Below, one piece after another: positions 25,618-34,534 of a stretch of DNA of 64,000 nucleotides. The DNA is from an uncultured Gammaproteobacteria bacterium (lineage in GTDB: Bacteria > Pseudomonadota > Gammaproteobacteria > DSM-16500): NCBI GenBank assembly GCA_963719645.1, contig CAVRCT010000001.1:509644-573643 (forward strand). The letters run 5' to 3'. The number at the start of each line of letters is the position of its first letter. Position 1 is the stretch's first letter. Both the position numbers and the translations under genes were made by a program. A model generated the notes under the pieces. It did not search any database and was not told the origin of the DNA. It saw nothing but the letters and a program-made list of their open reading frames with translations.

Positions 25618-26950
25618 AAAAATTATTTTTTACAGGATGCGGGGGTGGATCGCTACGATCGAGTTCAGCGCTATCATTTTTTGCATCAGGAATACACCCA
25701 TCATCCTTAGCAATCGGAGTGGGTAGTACTGAGTCATTACCCTCAGTCACTGAATTCTCAGAAGCAGCACGTTGTTCGACTGGTCGACTAGCAGGTGCAA
25801 GCGGTGCTCCTTGTTTCATTAATTGCTGATAGGTTGGTTGCATCGGTGAATTAGGGGTTTTATCAAGCATAACTGAAGGTCTGTTGCCTTGCACCAAAGG
25901 AGTAGTCAGCGGTCCAGATACAGGCGTAAAATGGCTCCAATGCACGTTATCTGCAGCTGCATAATGCATATTGGTTTTTTGCGCATCTAGATAGAAGCTG
26001 TAAGCGAGTGAAGCTATAAAGACACCAAGCGGAATAAATAACATTGCTTGGCCTACCACTGGAATGAGGCTCAACACGAGTCCGCAGATACCCGATAGCG
26101 CGGCAAGACCTAACACGTAATTTCGTTTTTGGGCGACTTTTGCTTCTTTGGATTGATTAAACACTTCCGCATAGCCTCTGGATCGAATGAAAGAACCTTC
26201 ACCGTGAGAAAACTGAGAGACGCTTTTCGAATTGATTAGCCTTTCCAGTTCTTTTGTATGAGCGTCTGAATCTGCTTCCACGGTCATGTCTGTCAACACT
26301 AGATTTTGCGATGATTGATTTACTGAATAAGTCGTCGTGCACCGACCGTCAATTTCAAAAATTGGTGCCTCAAAAAATCTAACACGATATCCTACAAAAT
26401 AACCATCTTCGATATTTGTTACGCGGTTCTCGCCAAGATGAAGCGTCGTTATAACCTTCTTGGGAACTACACGCACTGATGAGCAATCAATATCACGACG
26501 AAGCTGTTTCCAATGATATGGTGGTTCAGGATTTTCGGCTGCCTTTAGCGAAAAGACGGAAGAAAGTGCTTCTGCAGAAAAATGACAATCTGCTTGTGTT
26601 AATCGCTCTTCAAAGAAAGCGAGATCTCGGATTGCGCTTGATTCTGCTGCCTTTTCATCGACTTCAAGGTTTGCTTGCTGCTGCTTTTGAACAGTTATCG
26701 CTTTAATCGCTGCGATCAATTGCTCACGCGATTGTCCTTCATATTTAATAAAGTCACTGCCCACTTCCAAAAAAATTTCATGGCGGGTGGGATTTACTGA
26801 ATCGGGTTTATTGGGAATAAAAATAGTTTCTTTTGAATCAAGTGCTACTGCACGCGTTTCTAGATTATGGCTAGCCCGTTCAATCACATAGCGATTTTTT
26901 GAATTAGCCAGACTGCTAACAGAGGAAAGTACTTCTTTAAGAGTTGCCAT
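25610..26950 (-). CDS. Orphan membrane protein with bilobed hydrophobic domain (Inc-like topology), Pro-rich C-terminus
   Basis: 446-aa ORF. YVLGLAALSGICGLVLSLIPVVGQAMLFIPLGVFIASLAYSFYL (two adjacent TM helices, about 25972-26104). No family recognised. Confidence 0.7.
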   Translation of the reverse strand: MATLKEVLSSVSSLANSKNRYVIERASHNLETRAVALDSKETIFIPNKPDSVNPTRHEIFLEVGSDFIKYEGQSREQLIAAIKAITVQKQQQANLEVDEKAAESSAIRDLAFFEERLTQADCHFSAEALSSVFSLKAAENPEPPYHWKQLRRDIDCSSVRVVPKKVITTLHLGENRVTNIEDGYFVGYRVRFFEAPIFEIDGRCTTTYSVNQSSQNLVLTDMTVEADSDAHTKELERLINSKSVSQFSHGEGSFIRSRGYAEVFNQSKEAKVAQKRNYVLGLAALSGICGLVLSLIPVVGQAMLFIPLGVFIASLAYSFYLDAQKTNMHYAAADNVHWSHFTPVSGPLTTPLVQGNRPSVMLDKTPNSPMQPTYQQLMKQGAPLAPASRPVEQRAASENSVTEGNDSVLPTPIAKDDGCIPDAKNDSAELDRSDPPPHPVKNNFSL

Positions 26951-27087
26951 TTATTTACCTTTTTTAGGGAGTTAAAATTATTGCAGGGCTTGTTATTCTT
27001 ACAAGAATACCATGGGTTATTCGTACAAAATATACAAAAATCTGAGCGATAGTAGATGTAATATAGCAGAGAAAAATTAACAAATTC

Positions 27088-27249
27088 TTAAGAAGTCAGT
27101 TTTTTTGTAGCATTTTGCAAATCATGATCCAGCGTGTAAAAACGTTTTGCACCATTATTTTGTGCGATGGCTAAATGTAATTCATCGCCTGCGCGTAATC
27201 CCGTGTTGGGATGTTGGAGCAATGATGTTGCTAAATTATAATCGGCAAG
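27088..27249 (-). pseudogene. PIN-domain VapC toxin, C-terminal remnant
   Basis: Own translation LADYNLATSLLQHPNTGLRAGDELHLAIAQNNGAKRFYTLDHDLQNATKKLTS* (the D.LHLA.A ... T.D pattern of PIN/VapC C-terminal halves). The reading frame is cut upstream by a TGA inside the family F palindrome at 27257-27332. Confidence 0.5.
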
Positions 27250-27256
27250 TATGAAT

Positions 27257-27332
27257 CGGGGTCAGGCTTGCACAATTGCACATTCCTACGCCTGATTAAA
27301 AGTGCAATTGTGCAAGCCCCGTTTTGACCCCG
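27257..27332. repeat. Family F palindrome, unoccupied copy
   Basis: CGGGGTCAGGCTTGCACAATTGCAC-ATTCCTACGCCTGATTAAAA-GTGCAATTGTGCAAGCC-CCGTTT-TGACCCCG. Inner 17-bp and outer 8-bp stems. Confidence 0.85.
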
Positions 27333-27343
27333 TTTCGCGCCTA

Positions 27344-27651
27344 AGTCTAAAAGGCCCTACACCTCTAGCTTAAAAGTAGGCTGTCATCCCGGAATTTAGT
27401 AGCTCTAAACGAGCGCTTTTGCTCGTTTAGAGCTACTTAATGTCCGGGATCCATTTTCAATTTACCGCCTTCTTGCTTTTTAACTTGCGTGCTTTAAGCA
27501 AAATGGATCCCGGACATTAACTGGCGCTAAATTCGCAAAAAGCGCTCATTAAGCGCCAGTAAATTCCGGGACGACAGCCTACTTTTAAGCTAGAGGTGTA
27601 GGGCTTTTTAGACTTGTGGGTAACGATATGAGTGCAACCATATCATTACCC
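27344..27651. repeat. ~300-bp composite palindrome, same architecture as 3656-4031 (A2 unit + central segment + inverted A1 unit, extended arms)
   Basis: AGTCTAAAAGGCCCTACACCTCTAGCTTAAAAGTAGGCTGTCATCCCGGAATTTAGTAGCTCTAAACGAGCGCTTTTGCTCGTTTAGAGCTACTTAATGTCCGGGATCCAT ... ATGGATCCCGGACATTAACTGGCGCTAAATTCGCAAAAAGCGCTCATTAAGCGCCAGTAAATTCCGGGACGACAGCCTACTTTTAAGCTAGAGGTGTAGGGCTTTTTAGACT, then a GGGTAACGATATG/CATATCATTACCC hairpin. Confidence 0.85.
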
Positions 27652-27835
27652 ATAAATTTTTTGTGCTTATGTACGAACAATCATATGCAATTTTTTATAT
27701 CCCCCTTTTTTTCAAAAGGCAAAGTTGCATAATTCAACTCGTAACGTAAGTTTCAGATTTTAATAGCGTTTTTTATGTTAAAAACAGCAATAATTAATAC
27801 ATGTTATAATTAGAGGATATCAACTTTTTGCGTGG

Positions 27836-28309
27836 ATGGTTTTTATGTCTATCCCAAGAAAAGGCGAGCCCCAACCATATACTTTTGCACAATTGAAAAA
27901 TTTTGCAAAACCTAATAAAGATAAGAAAATTCCTAAATCTCATGACTTGTATTGTACTAAAGATAATAAGAGTGTTTGGATTTTTACGAGAAGTGAAGAG
28001 TATGTCAAATATCCAGAACGCTTCGAATATTCCGGCTGCAAAATACATTTCAATATTCAAAATCCTACGGATATTGCTAAATCTTATGATGCAATTGCAA
28101 AGATTAGATTGAAATATAAAAAATTTTTCCCAGTCTCAAAAGTGCTCGATTTTGAAATGTTACGAGTTGATTACAAAACTCAAAAAAAACTTGCAGATGG
28201 ACATCCACTTTTTCCAAACGCATTATCGTATGATGCTATTGATGGTAAGATTTATCTACGTGAAAATGCAGAGAAAGTTAGTAAGCGTCAATATATCCAC
28301 ATCCTTTAG
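27836..28309 (+). CDS. Orphan protein whose 3' end runs into the IS66 left inverted repeat (probably C-terminally truncated)
   Basis: 157-aa ORF. From codon ~149 (base 28281) the sequence is the IS66 terminal repeat GTAAGCGTCAA..., so the last ~9 residues (SKRQYIHIL) are IS-derived. Confidence 0.5.
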   Translation: MVFMSIPRKGEPQPYTFAQLKNFAKPNKDKKIPKSHDLYCTKDNKSVWIFTRSEEYVKYPERFEYSGCKIHFNIQNPTDIAKSYDAIAKIRLKYKKFFPVSKVLDFEMLRVDYKTQKKLADGHPLFPNALSYDAIDGKIYLRENAEKVSKRQYIHIL

Positions 28310-28367
28310 CTTTCCCGCGCACGTGAATATGCTATCCAAATCACAACCTTGATAAGGATACGCCACC

Positions 28368-28721
28368 ATGATCACGCCAAATCAGCATCAATCAAATAAA
28401 TCTGAATCTATACCACCAGATACAAATATCGATTGGGTCAATATAATCAAGCAATGGAAAACAAGCGGTCTACCTCAAGCAGCCTATTGTGAGGCAAATA
28501 AAATTAACTACAATCAATTTACTTATCAAAAAGCAAAGCTATCACTTCATATCAAGACTAGTTCGAAATTGTTACCCGTAAAAGTCACTCAACACGAGTC
28601 AACTTCAACTGTAGGAAACAATTTTATTTTACATTATTCAAACGGATTGAAAGTGCATATACCAGTTAACGCTCACCCAGAAGCAATTAAGGTATTAATC
28701 AATTGCCTGGAGAAGCATTAA
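28368..28721 (+). CDS. tnpA: IS66 accessory protein TnpA-like
   Basis: 117 aa, first ORF of the IS66 unit. WVNIIKQWKTSGLPQAAYCEANKINYNQFTYQK resembles the IS66 Orf1 HTH region. Overlaps tnpB. Confidence 0.8.
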   Translation: MITPNQHQSNKSESIPPDTNIDWVNIIKQWKTSGLPQAAYCEANKINYNQFTYQKAKLSLHIKTSSKLLPVKVTQHESTSTVGNNFILHYSNGLKVHIPVNAHPEAIKVLINCLEKH

Positions 28722-29077
28722 TGTTAACCGTATCTTCTGAGGCGAAAATATATGTTTATACCGAACATACTGATATGCGTCGATCCATAGATGGTCTGGT
28801 CGTGATGCTCGCAGATATTTACAAGTTAAATCCTCAAACGGGAGATTTGTTTATATTCACGAATAAATCAAAAAATAAAATCAAGCTTCTGTTCTGGGAT
28901 AAAAATGGTTTTGTGCTTTATTATAAAAAACTAGATCGCGGGCGATTTAATTACTCGCGATATATACAGAACCAAACCATTATAATTTCAACAAAGCAGC
29001 TGCAAGCATTATTGATGGGGTTGGATTTTCATTTAATTGGGCAATATCAACACGAAATATGTCATGATTTTTTTTAA
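28703..29077 (+). CDS. tnpB: IS66 Orf2 (TnpB)
   Basis: 124 aa. IYVYTEHTDMRRSIDGLVVMLADIYKLNPQTGDLFIFTNKSKNKIKLLFWDKNGFVLYYKKLDRGRF is the canonical IS66 TnpB pattern. Confidence 0.92.
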   Translation: MPGEALMLTVSSEAKIYVYTEHTDMRRSIDGLVVMLADIYKLNPQTGDLFIFTNKSKNKIKLLFWDKNGFVLYYKKLDRGRFNYSRYIQNQTIIISTKQLQALLMGLDFHLIGQYQHEICHDFF

Positions 29078-29127
29078 TTAATTTAAAAAAATTCGATAAT
29101 TATGCTGTAAATTGATATTATCGTCGC

Positions 29128-30762
29128 ATGAATAAATTAGAACAAATCGTTACAAATGCAGACCCGGAAACCAGAAAAATTCTGGAAGAATTTGTTCATA
29201 CATTTGCTGGTGCCATCAGGGAAATTAATACGCTCAAGCAAAAGATCGATTATATTGCTCATGACAATCGCTTACTAAGAAAGCGATTATTTAGAAGCTC
29301 CTCTGAAAAATTAGCTCTGGAAGAGCCGACCACACAAGATGAATTGTATTTATTTAACGAGTTTGAATTAATTGGCCAGCAAGTGGAGCTAGAGGAAATT
29401 GAGCCACTAGATATTCCCATTACCACTCCTGTTACCAAGAAAATATCTGGTCGAAAAGCGCTACCGAATCATCTTCCACGGAATATTATTTGCCATGATT
29501 TAACCCTCGAAGAAAAGCTCTGTGCGTGTGGAAATGAAATGGAGTGCATTGGAGCGCAAGTCAGTGAAGAGCTGGAATATGTACCTGCCAAGGTTGAAGT
29601 AACGCAGCATCGATGCATGAAGTACATCTGCGATTGTTGCGCAAAGAAAAAGGAAAGTAACGAAACTATACAAGTTACTTCCAGAACTGCTAAAAAACCA
29701 GCGCAATTGATCGAAAGAAGTATCGCGAGTCCAGGTCTATTAGCAAATATTGCAGTATCTAAATTCTGCGATCATTTACCACTTTATCGCCAAGAATATA
29801 TTTTTAAACGTTTATTGATAGATCTATCTCGCCAAACAATGAGTGTATGGATGTTAAAAACTGGTAACTCTATCACTCCATTGATCAATCTCATGCAAGA
29901 TAATATCTTGAGTTACGATATTGCTTTTGCTGATGAAACGACTGTTCAAGTGCTGAATGAGCCTGGTCGGCGAGCACAAGCTAAATCATATATGTGGTGT
30001 TTCATCGGAGGGTCACCTGAGAAGCGGGTTGTTTTTTATCAATATCATCAAACACGTGAAGCTGATGTTGCCAATCAATTCTTTGCTGAATACGAAGGCG
30101 GCCTTCATTGCGATGGGTACAGCGGATATAACGCTTTATTTAAAACCAAAGGTATTATCGGCATTAATTGCTGGGCACATGTGCGCCGTAAATTTATCGA
30201 AGCACTTCCTCAGGGAAAAGAAAAAGGTGTGTCTGGACATATTGTTCGGATGATTCGCGCGCTTTACAAAATAGAAGAGAAATTAAAGGCTGAACATGCA
30301 GATGATGATATGGTCAAGAGTATCAGGCATCAGCAAGCAAAGCCTATTCTGGATGACCTTAAAAAATATCTGGATGAAAAATCCCCTTCAGTATTGCATT
30401 CCAGTAAATTAGGAACAGCCATTGAGTACGCACGAAAACGCTGGCCATATTTGCTGACATACCTGCAAGACGGTCGTTATGAAATCGACAATAACCGTAG
30501 CGAAAGGACTGTTAAGCCGTTCGTTTGTGGTCGAAAAAATTGGCTCTTCTCTAATAGCGTGGATGGCGCACATGCCAGCGCTAATCTGTTTAGCTTAATC
30601 GAGAGTGCTAAGCTGCATGATCTCGACCCTGTTAAGTATCTTACCCATGTTTTTAAAGAGCTACCAAACTGCAAGATTGTTGCTGATTATGAAGCATTAC
30701 TACCTTATGCTATTTGTGATGAGAAATTTAAAATTAGCAAGAATGATGGAATGGGGAAATAA
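29128..30762 (+). CDS. tnpC: IS66-family DDE transposase (TnpC)
   Basis: 544 aa. Leucine zipper N-terminus, CxxC...CxxC zinc-finger region (CACGNEMECIG...CDCCAKK), DHLPLYRQ, ADETTVQVL, NNRSERTVKPF. Confidence 0.95.
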   Translation: MNKLEQIVTNADPETRKILEEFVHTFAGAIREINTLKQKIDYIAHDNRLLRKRLFRSSSEKLALEEPTTQDELYLFNEFELIGQQVELEEIEPLDIPITTPVTKKISGRKALPNHLPRNIICHDLTLEEKLCACGNEMECIGAQVSEELEYVPAKVEVTQHRCMKYICDCCAKKKESNETIQVTSRTAKKPAQLIERSIASPGLLANIAVSKFCDHLPLYRQEYIFKRLLIDLSRQTMSVWMLKTGNSITPLINLMQDNILSYDIAFADETTVQVLNEPGRRAQAKSYMWCFIGGSPEKRVVFYQYHQTREADVANQFFAEYEGGLHCDGYSGYNALFKTKGIIGINCWAHVRRKFIEALPQGKEKGVSGHIVRMIRALYKIEEKLKAEHADDDMVKSIRHQQAKPILDDLKKYLDEKSPSVLHSSKLGTAIEYARKRWPYLLTYLQDGRYEIDNNRSERTVKPFVCGRKNWLFSNSVDGAHASANLFSLIESAKLHDLDPVKYLTHVFKELPNCKIVADYEALLPYAICDEKFKISKNDGMGK

Positions 30763-30783
30763 CGTTGTTGATTTGACGCTTAC

Positions 30784-32389
30784 GTTGGAATTAAGTAATA
30801 CCGATGAAGCAGATCAAAAAACAGAAAATGAAAATGATGAAATACGAGAAGCACAATTCAAGAAAATAAATGATTTAATCACTCAAGCAAATTCCCTATT
30901 GGCAGATGATAAATTTGCAGCTGGAAGTGATAAAATCCACGAATTATTCGCAGCAGTTACTCAATTTAAATCATCATTTGATCGAGCGTATGGCTATTGT
31001 GGCATGCTTAGCATGTTACTCGAAAATGCCTATCGTTTATTTAGTGATCCTCTTCCCTCACAGCCAGATCATTTTGATGGGAATCATTTCGCAATTCTTA
31101 ATCAATTTTTGACAGATGGATTAGAAAACTTATTTGCAAATCAATTTCAATTTGAAAAAACGAAAGAAGAAAACGCGGAGCGAGTAGAATTAATCCTAGT
31201 TGTCAGCTCATTACTAGCGATACTGGGAGTCCTTCTTTATAACCAGAAAAATATCCAAGATGGCTTTGAAAAAATCGATCAAGCTTTGAAAATGCTGAAT
31301 CTCATTGCTGATGAATGTAGAGAAAACGTATTTTTTTTCAAAAGAAGAGCCGAAATCGAAGCTTACAATCAAACCATGCAGACAGATGCCTATAATAAAA
31401 TAAAAAACATTCAAAACCATATGATCAATAATTTGTCTGCATTACAAGAAAAAATAAAGTTAATCCCGCATACTGCAGAACAGAAAAACATTTTGTCAAA
31501 TGCAGAGTACACTGACTTTTATACAATATTTGATGATTTAGAACTCTGTTTTGATTTTTACAGCCAAATACCGAAAAATTTTCAACTTGCAAATAAAGCT
31601 ATTTTTCTTAATCAATTTTTAGCCTATCTTAACGAAGCTTATGATTTTTATAGTGAAAAAGATTTCGATAGCTTCATGCAATATCTTGAGTATGCAATCA
31701 GCTTTGCAATACATGAATCGCGAGATAGCTTTGATCAAGCTGTAAACTTGAATGATGAAATTTGTGAATATTTTGAAAATCAACATTATGGAAAAGCAAA
31801 CAAAAAAATCGAATATCAAATTTCAGCAATTGATTATCTTTCAAATGATGCCGAGAAAAATTTGGTTGTTTGTAATTTAAATAAATTAATTGCGGTTTAT
31901 ATTTCTTCAGTGACTGAAACGCCGCACTTTGATCGTATGTATATCCTCTTTAATGAAGCAATTGAAAAATTTATGGCAATATCTTTCAATCCTGAACAAG
32001 ATAACGTTGAAATCCTAGACTTTATCGATGCCACCCTAACAATAGCGGAAGGATTAAAAGAATTAGCTAAATACTTTAAACAAAATAATCTCTTGGATTC
32101 TGCAAAAAAATGTAGCGAGAGAGCGCTCAACATTCTCAAAAAAATTCCTGCCGATGCTTTGCAGGGTAACTTAAAAGAGCGATATGAAGCCATTTTCGAA
32201 CACCCTAGTTTCAATAAGGCTCACATAACTAAACACAAAACCAACGATGGTAAAAAATCTGATGCTGAGTTTGTATTCCCGGAAAATAATTTATTATCGA
32301 GTAATAGTAAATTTAAAAATAATTCCAGCAATCAATCGTCGCCTTCTCAACACAGAACTTTACGATTACCGTCTCATAGTAATTTATAA
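30784..32389 (+). CDS. Orphan helical-repeat protein; native 5' end uncertain (abuts the IS66 right end)
   Basis: The track ORF 30605..32389 is open, but its first 60 codons read through the IS66 terminus out of frame with tnpC. The non-IS part starts ...LELSNTDEADQKTENENDEIREAQFKKINDL. No family recognised. Confidence 0.55.
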
Positions 32390-32590
32390 CTCTATTGATT
32401 TTGACAACGAAAACAGATCCCATAAATATTTAAACTATAATATGAAATAACTTTTTTACCTTTTTGTGAGCCATTAGAAATTCGATAATTAATCGAGTAA
32501 CTCTGGTGCTGCCTCATGTCGTCACTCACTGTATCAGTCGAGAGATAACAATTTTCCGCATCATACTCAATCAAACTTGATCGTTCAACA

Positions 32591-32655
32591 ATCGGGGTCA
32601 GGCTTTCACAATTGCACATTCCTACACCTGATTGAAAGTGCAATTGTGCAAGCCA
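32591..32655. repeat. Family F palindrome, unoccupied copy (one arm mismatch)
   Basis: ATCGGGGTCAGGCTTTCACAATTGCACATTCCTACACCTGATTGAAAGTGCAATTGTGCAAGCC. Confidence 0.85.
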
Positions 32656-32747
32656 GACCACGTTTCTTGAAATCCAAGATAGGTCAACATTTGTTAAATT
32701 TTCGCTTAAGCAATATATTATTTCTATTTTTTAAATCAATAGCTTAC

Positions 32748-33965
32748 TTACATTGAAGACACAGGCCCCTCATTTTCAACAGAATAGCTTATAACTAAAC
32801 GAGAGACAGCATTGGACGCTCCTATTTTGCTGAAAAAGGATGTCAAATAATGTCGTTTGATTGCTTCTGCGTGACGATCAATATACTTTTTTGCTGGAAT
32901 ATTTGCACCCTGAGCGATAGTAGCCGCTTTTTTTAAATGCGGAATAGCTTCCTCGTATGAACAAGTCTCATCTGATTCCGCTAACTTGAATAAGCTAGAA
33001 CCCAAATTGAATTCGCAGGTTAGCAAAGAGGAAAATTTAGTTGGAGTCGATTCTGGAGTGGCTTGCCAAAAACTGACTTCTCTTACGAAGCCAGTGACCG
33101 CTCTTTGATATTCACCTGCTTTATAACACTTCACAGCTTCCGCATGTTGCAATTCCAATCTTCTCCGCTCATCAGCATTATTAAATCCCTCACAGGAATC
33201 AATGCATTTAGTTAAAATTATTTGATGACGGTACATTGTCTCAATAAGCTCAACAAATCCTGCTGCATGCGCACTGCCAAAAATAAGTACCACTTGCTTT
33301 TTTCCACTTTTTTTGGCTGCGACAAGAACAAATTCTAAAGCTTCTTTTTCTCTATGATAAAACATGTCTGGATTTTTTTGACGAACTTCTTTTTTAAATT
33401 TTTCATATTCTTCTATTTCGTCTAAAGTATCTAAATTTTTTAAAGATAAGCTTCCATTTTGAAGAGCCTTGACAGCAAGTATTGGGTAATTCTTTAAACA
33501 TTCTCGATAAGAATCAGCGTAAGCTGTAGTTAGTCTACGCATGTCCAATTTTGTTTTCGCTGTTTGATAAATACATGGAGTAATTCCCATATGTAATAAA
33601 ATTTGGACACCTAGATTGTTAGTTAAAACTGTTATTTGATTTTCCGTCAATTTATCAAATTTCATCTCATGAAGATTTTTATATTCAGGAAAAATCAGTC
33701 TGAAAATAGTGCCACTCTCACCTTTTACATGGCTCGGAGTGACATCGCAGTGATTTCCTTCTGTTAACACAGCAGCATCAGGATATCTCTGCACTATTTT
33801 CATCGTATTAAATTGCGAATAAATAGTTTCAGTTTTCTCATCATCCAATGTGAAATCGCCACTGACATTCTTTGCATCCACTGGATGCTTCTGTAGAACT
33901 AAGATTAATTCAATCTTTTCTTCCTTATGTAAATCATCAGGAATGGATACAGAAGCTGAAAACAT
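32748..33965 (-). CDS. Orphan 405-aa protein, TPR-like C-terminal helices; effector-like
   Basis: Long ORF. C-terminal AEAVKCYKAGEYQRAVTGF...LGSSLFKLAESDETCSYEEAIPHLKKAATIAQG is TPR-like. No confident family. Confidence 0.65.
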   Translation of the reverse strand: MFSASVSIPDDLHKEEKIELILVLQKHPVDAKNVSGDFTLDDEKTETIYSQFNTMKIVQRYPDAAVLTEGNHCDVTPSHVKGESGTIFRLIFPEYKNLHEMKFDKLTENQITVLTNNLGVQILLHMGITPCIYQTAKTKLDMRRLTTAYADSYRECLKNYPILAVKALQNGSLSLKNLDTLDEIEEYEKFKKEVRQKNPDMFYHREKEALEFVLVAAKKSGKKQVVLIFGSAHAAGFVELIETMYRHQIILTKCIDSCEGFNNADERRRLELQHAEAVKCYKAGEYQRAVTGFVREVSFWQATPESTPTKFSSLLTCEFNLGSSLFKLAESDETCSYEEAIPHLKKAATIAQGANIPAKKYIDRHAEAIKRHYLTSFFSKIGASNAVSRLVISYSVENEGPVSSM

Positions 33966-33999
33966 AAATTCCTCTTTAAAAATATTTTATAAAGTTTAT

Positions 34000-34114
34000 A
34001 GGTTGAGTTGAGCACAAGCGAAACCCAACAACATTACTCAGAACTCACGCCCTTCTACCAAGCAGCCGATGAATGGTGGGAAATATTGGGTTTTGCGATT
34101 GCTCAACCCAACCT
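34000..34114. repeat. Inverted pair of family E units
   Basis: AGGTTGAGTTGAGCACAAGCGAAACCCAACAA (34000-34031) and ATATTGGGTTTTGCGATTGCTCAACCCAACCT (34083-34114). Each unit is itself a GTTGGGTT...AACCCAAC hairpin. Other copies at 6898-6927, 15336-15364 and 36731-36790. Confidence 0.8.
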
Positions 34115-34470
34115 AAGTGACTCCCCTTAATTATTAATAGCTTATCAGATAAGCTAAGACTCTGTCTTTGCCTACTAAGCAGCAATTATGCGTATTTTAA
34201 CTTACAAAACTTAAGCAATTCTTAAGTGTTACAAATAAGGATGCCTGCATGAACGGTTAGCTAGCCCGTAAAAAACCGGGTCAGGCTTGCACAATTGCAC
34301 TTTCAATATAGCACCTAATAACCTCAAGCTCGACATCATCAGATAACGACATCCCGCTCAAGCCTCGTGAAAATGTAGAAATATCACGACTAAAGTAAGT
34401 AGCTATCTCCGTCAAGTTCGCAACCTTGAATTGAACAACAAGTCTCGCGCTCATAAGTCTTATTTTTGAA

Positions 34471-34534
34471 AATCGGGGTCAGGCTTGCACAATTGCACAT
34501 TCCTACACCTGATTGAATGTGCAATTGTGCAAGC
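34471..34534. repeat. Family F palindrome, occupied by the IS110-family element
   Basis: ATCGGGGTCAGGCTTGCACAATTGCACATTCCTACACCTGATTGAATGTGCAATTGTGCAAGCC, immediately followed by the IS. The distal TGACCCCGTTTC reappears at 36091-36102. A half copy lies at 34276-34305. Confidence 0.85.

Larger units (their letters stand above)
28281..30783 (+). mobile_element. IS66-family insertion sequence (member 1), complete three-ORF organisation
   Basis: Terminal inverted repeats GTAAGCGTCAA (28281-28291) / TTGACGCTTAC (30773-30783). tnpA-like, tnpB and tnpC ORFs inside. No clean 8-bp target duplication found. Confidence 0.85.

Noticed and set aside
30605-30783. The first 60 codons of the 594-aa track ORF, taken as a genuine N-terminus.
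   Set aside because: This stretch lies inside the IS66 tnpC 3' end and right inverted repeat, in a different frame from tnpC. It is read-through, not native coding sequence.
28273-30791. An expected 8-bp target-site duplication for IS66 member 1, and the idea that 27836.. and 30784.. are two halves of one gene.
   Set aside because: The flanking octamers (GAAAGTTA versus GTTGGAAT) differ, and in-silico excision gives an immediate stop, so the single-gene hypothesis is unsupported.
34279-34454. A 58-aa minus-strand ORF (MSARLVVQFKVANLTEIATYFSRDISTFSRGLSGMSLSDDVELEVIRCYIESAIVQA) flanked by family F palindrome copies. I wondered whether it is a remnant of a REP-associated (RAYT-like) transposase or an HTH domain.
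   Set aside because: There is only a vague HTH-like segment and no Y1/HUH motifs. The ORF ends inside the repeat, and the flanking palindromes are in direct rather than inverted orientation. Too weak to call. It would need a profile search.
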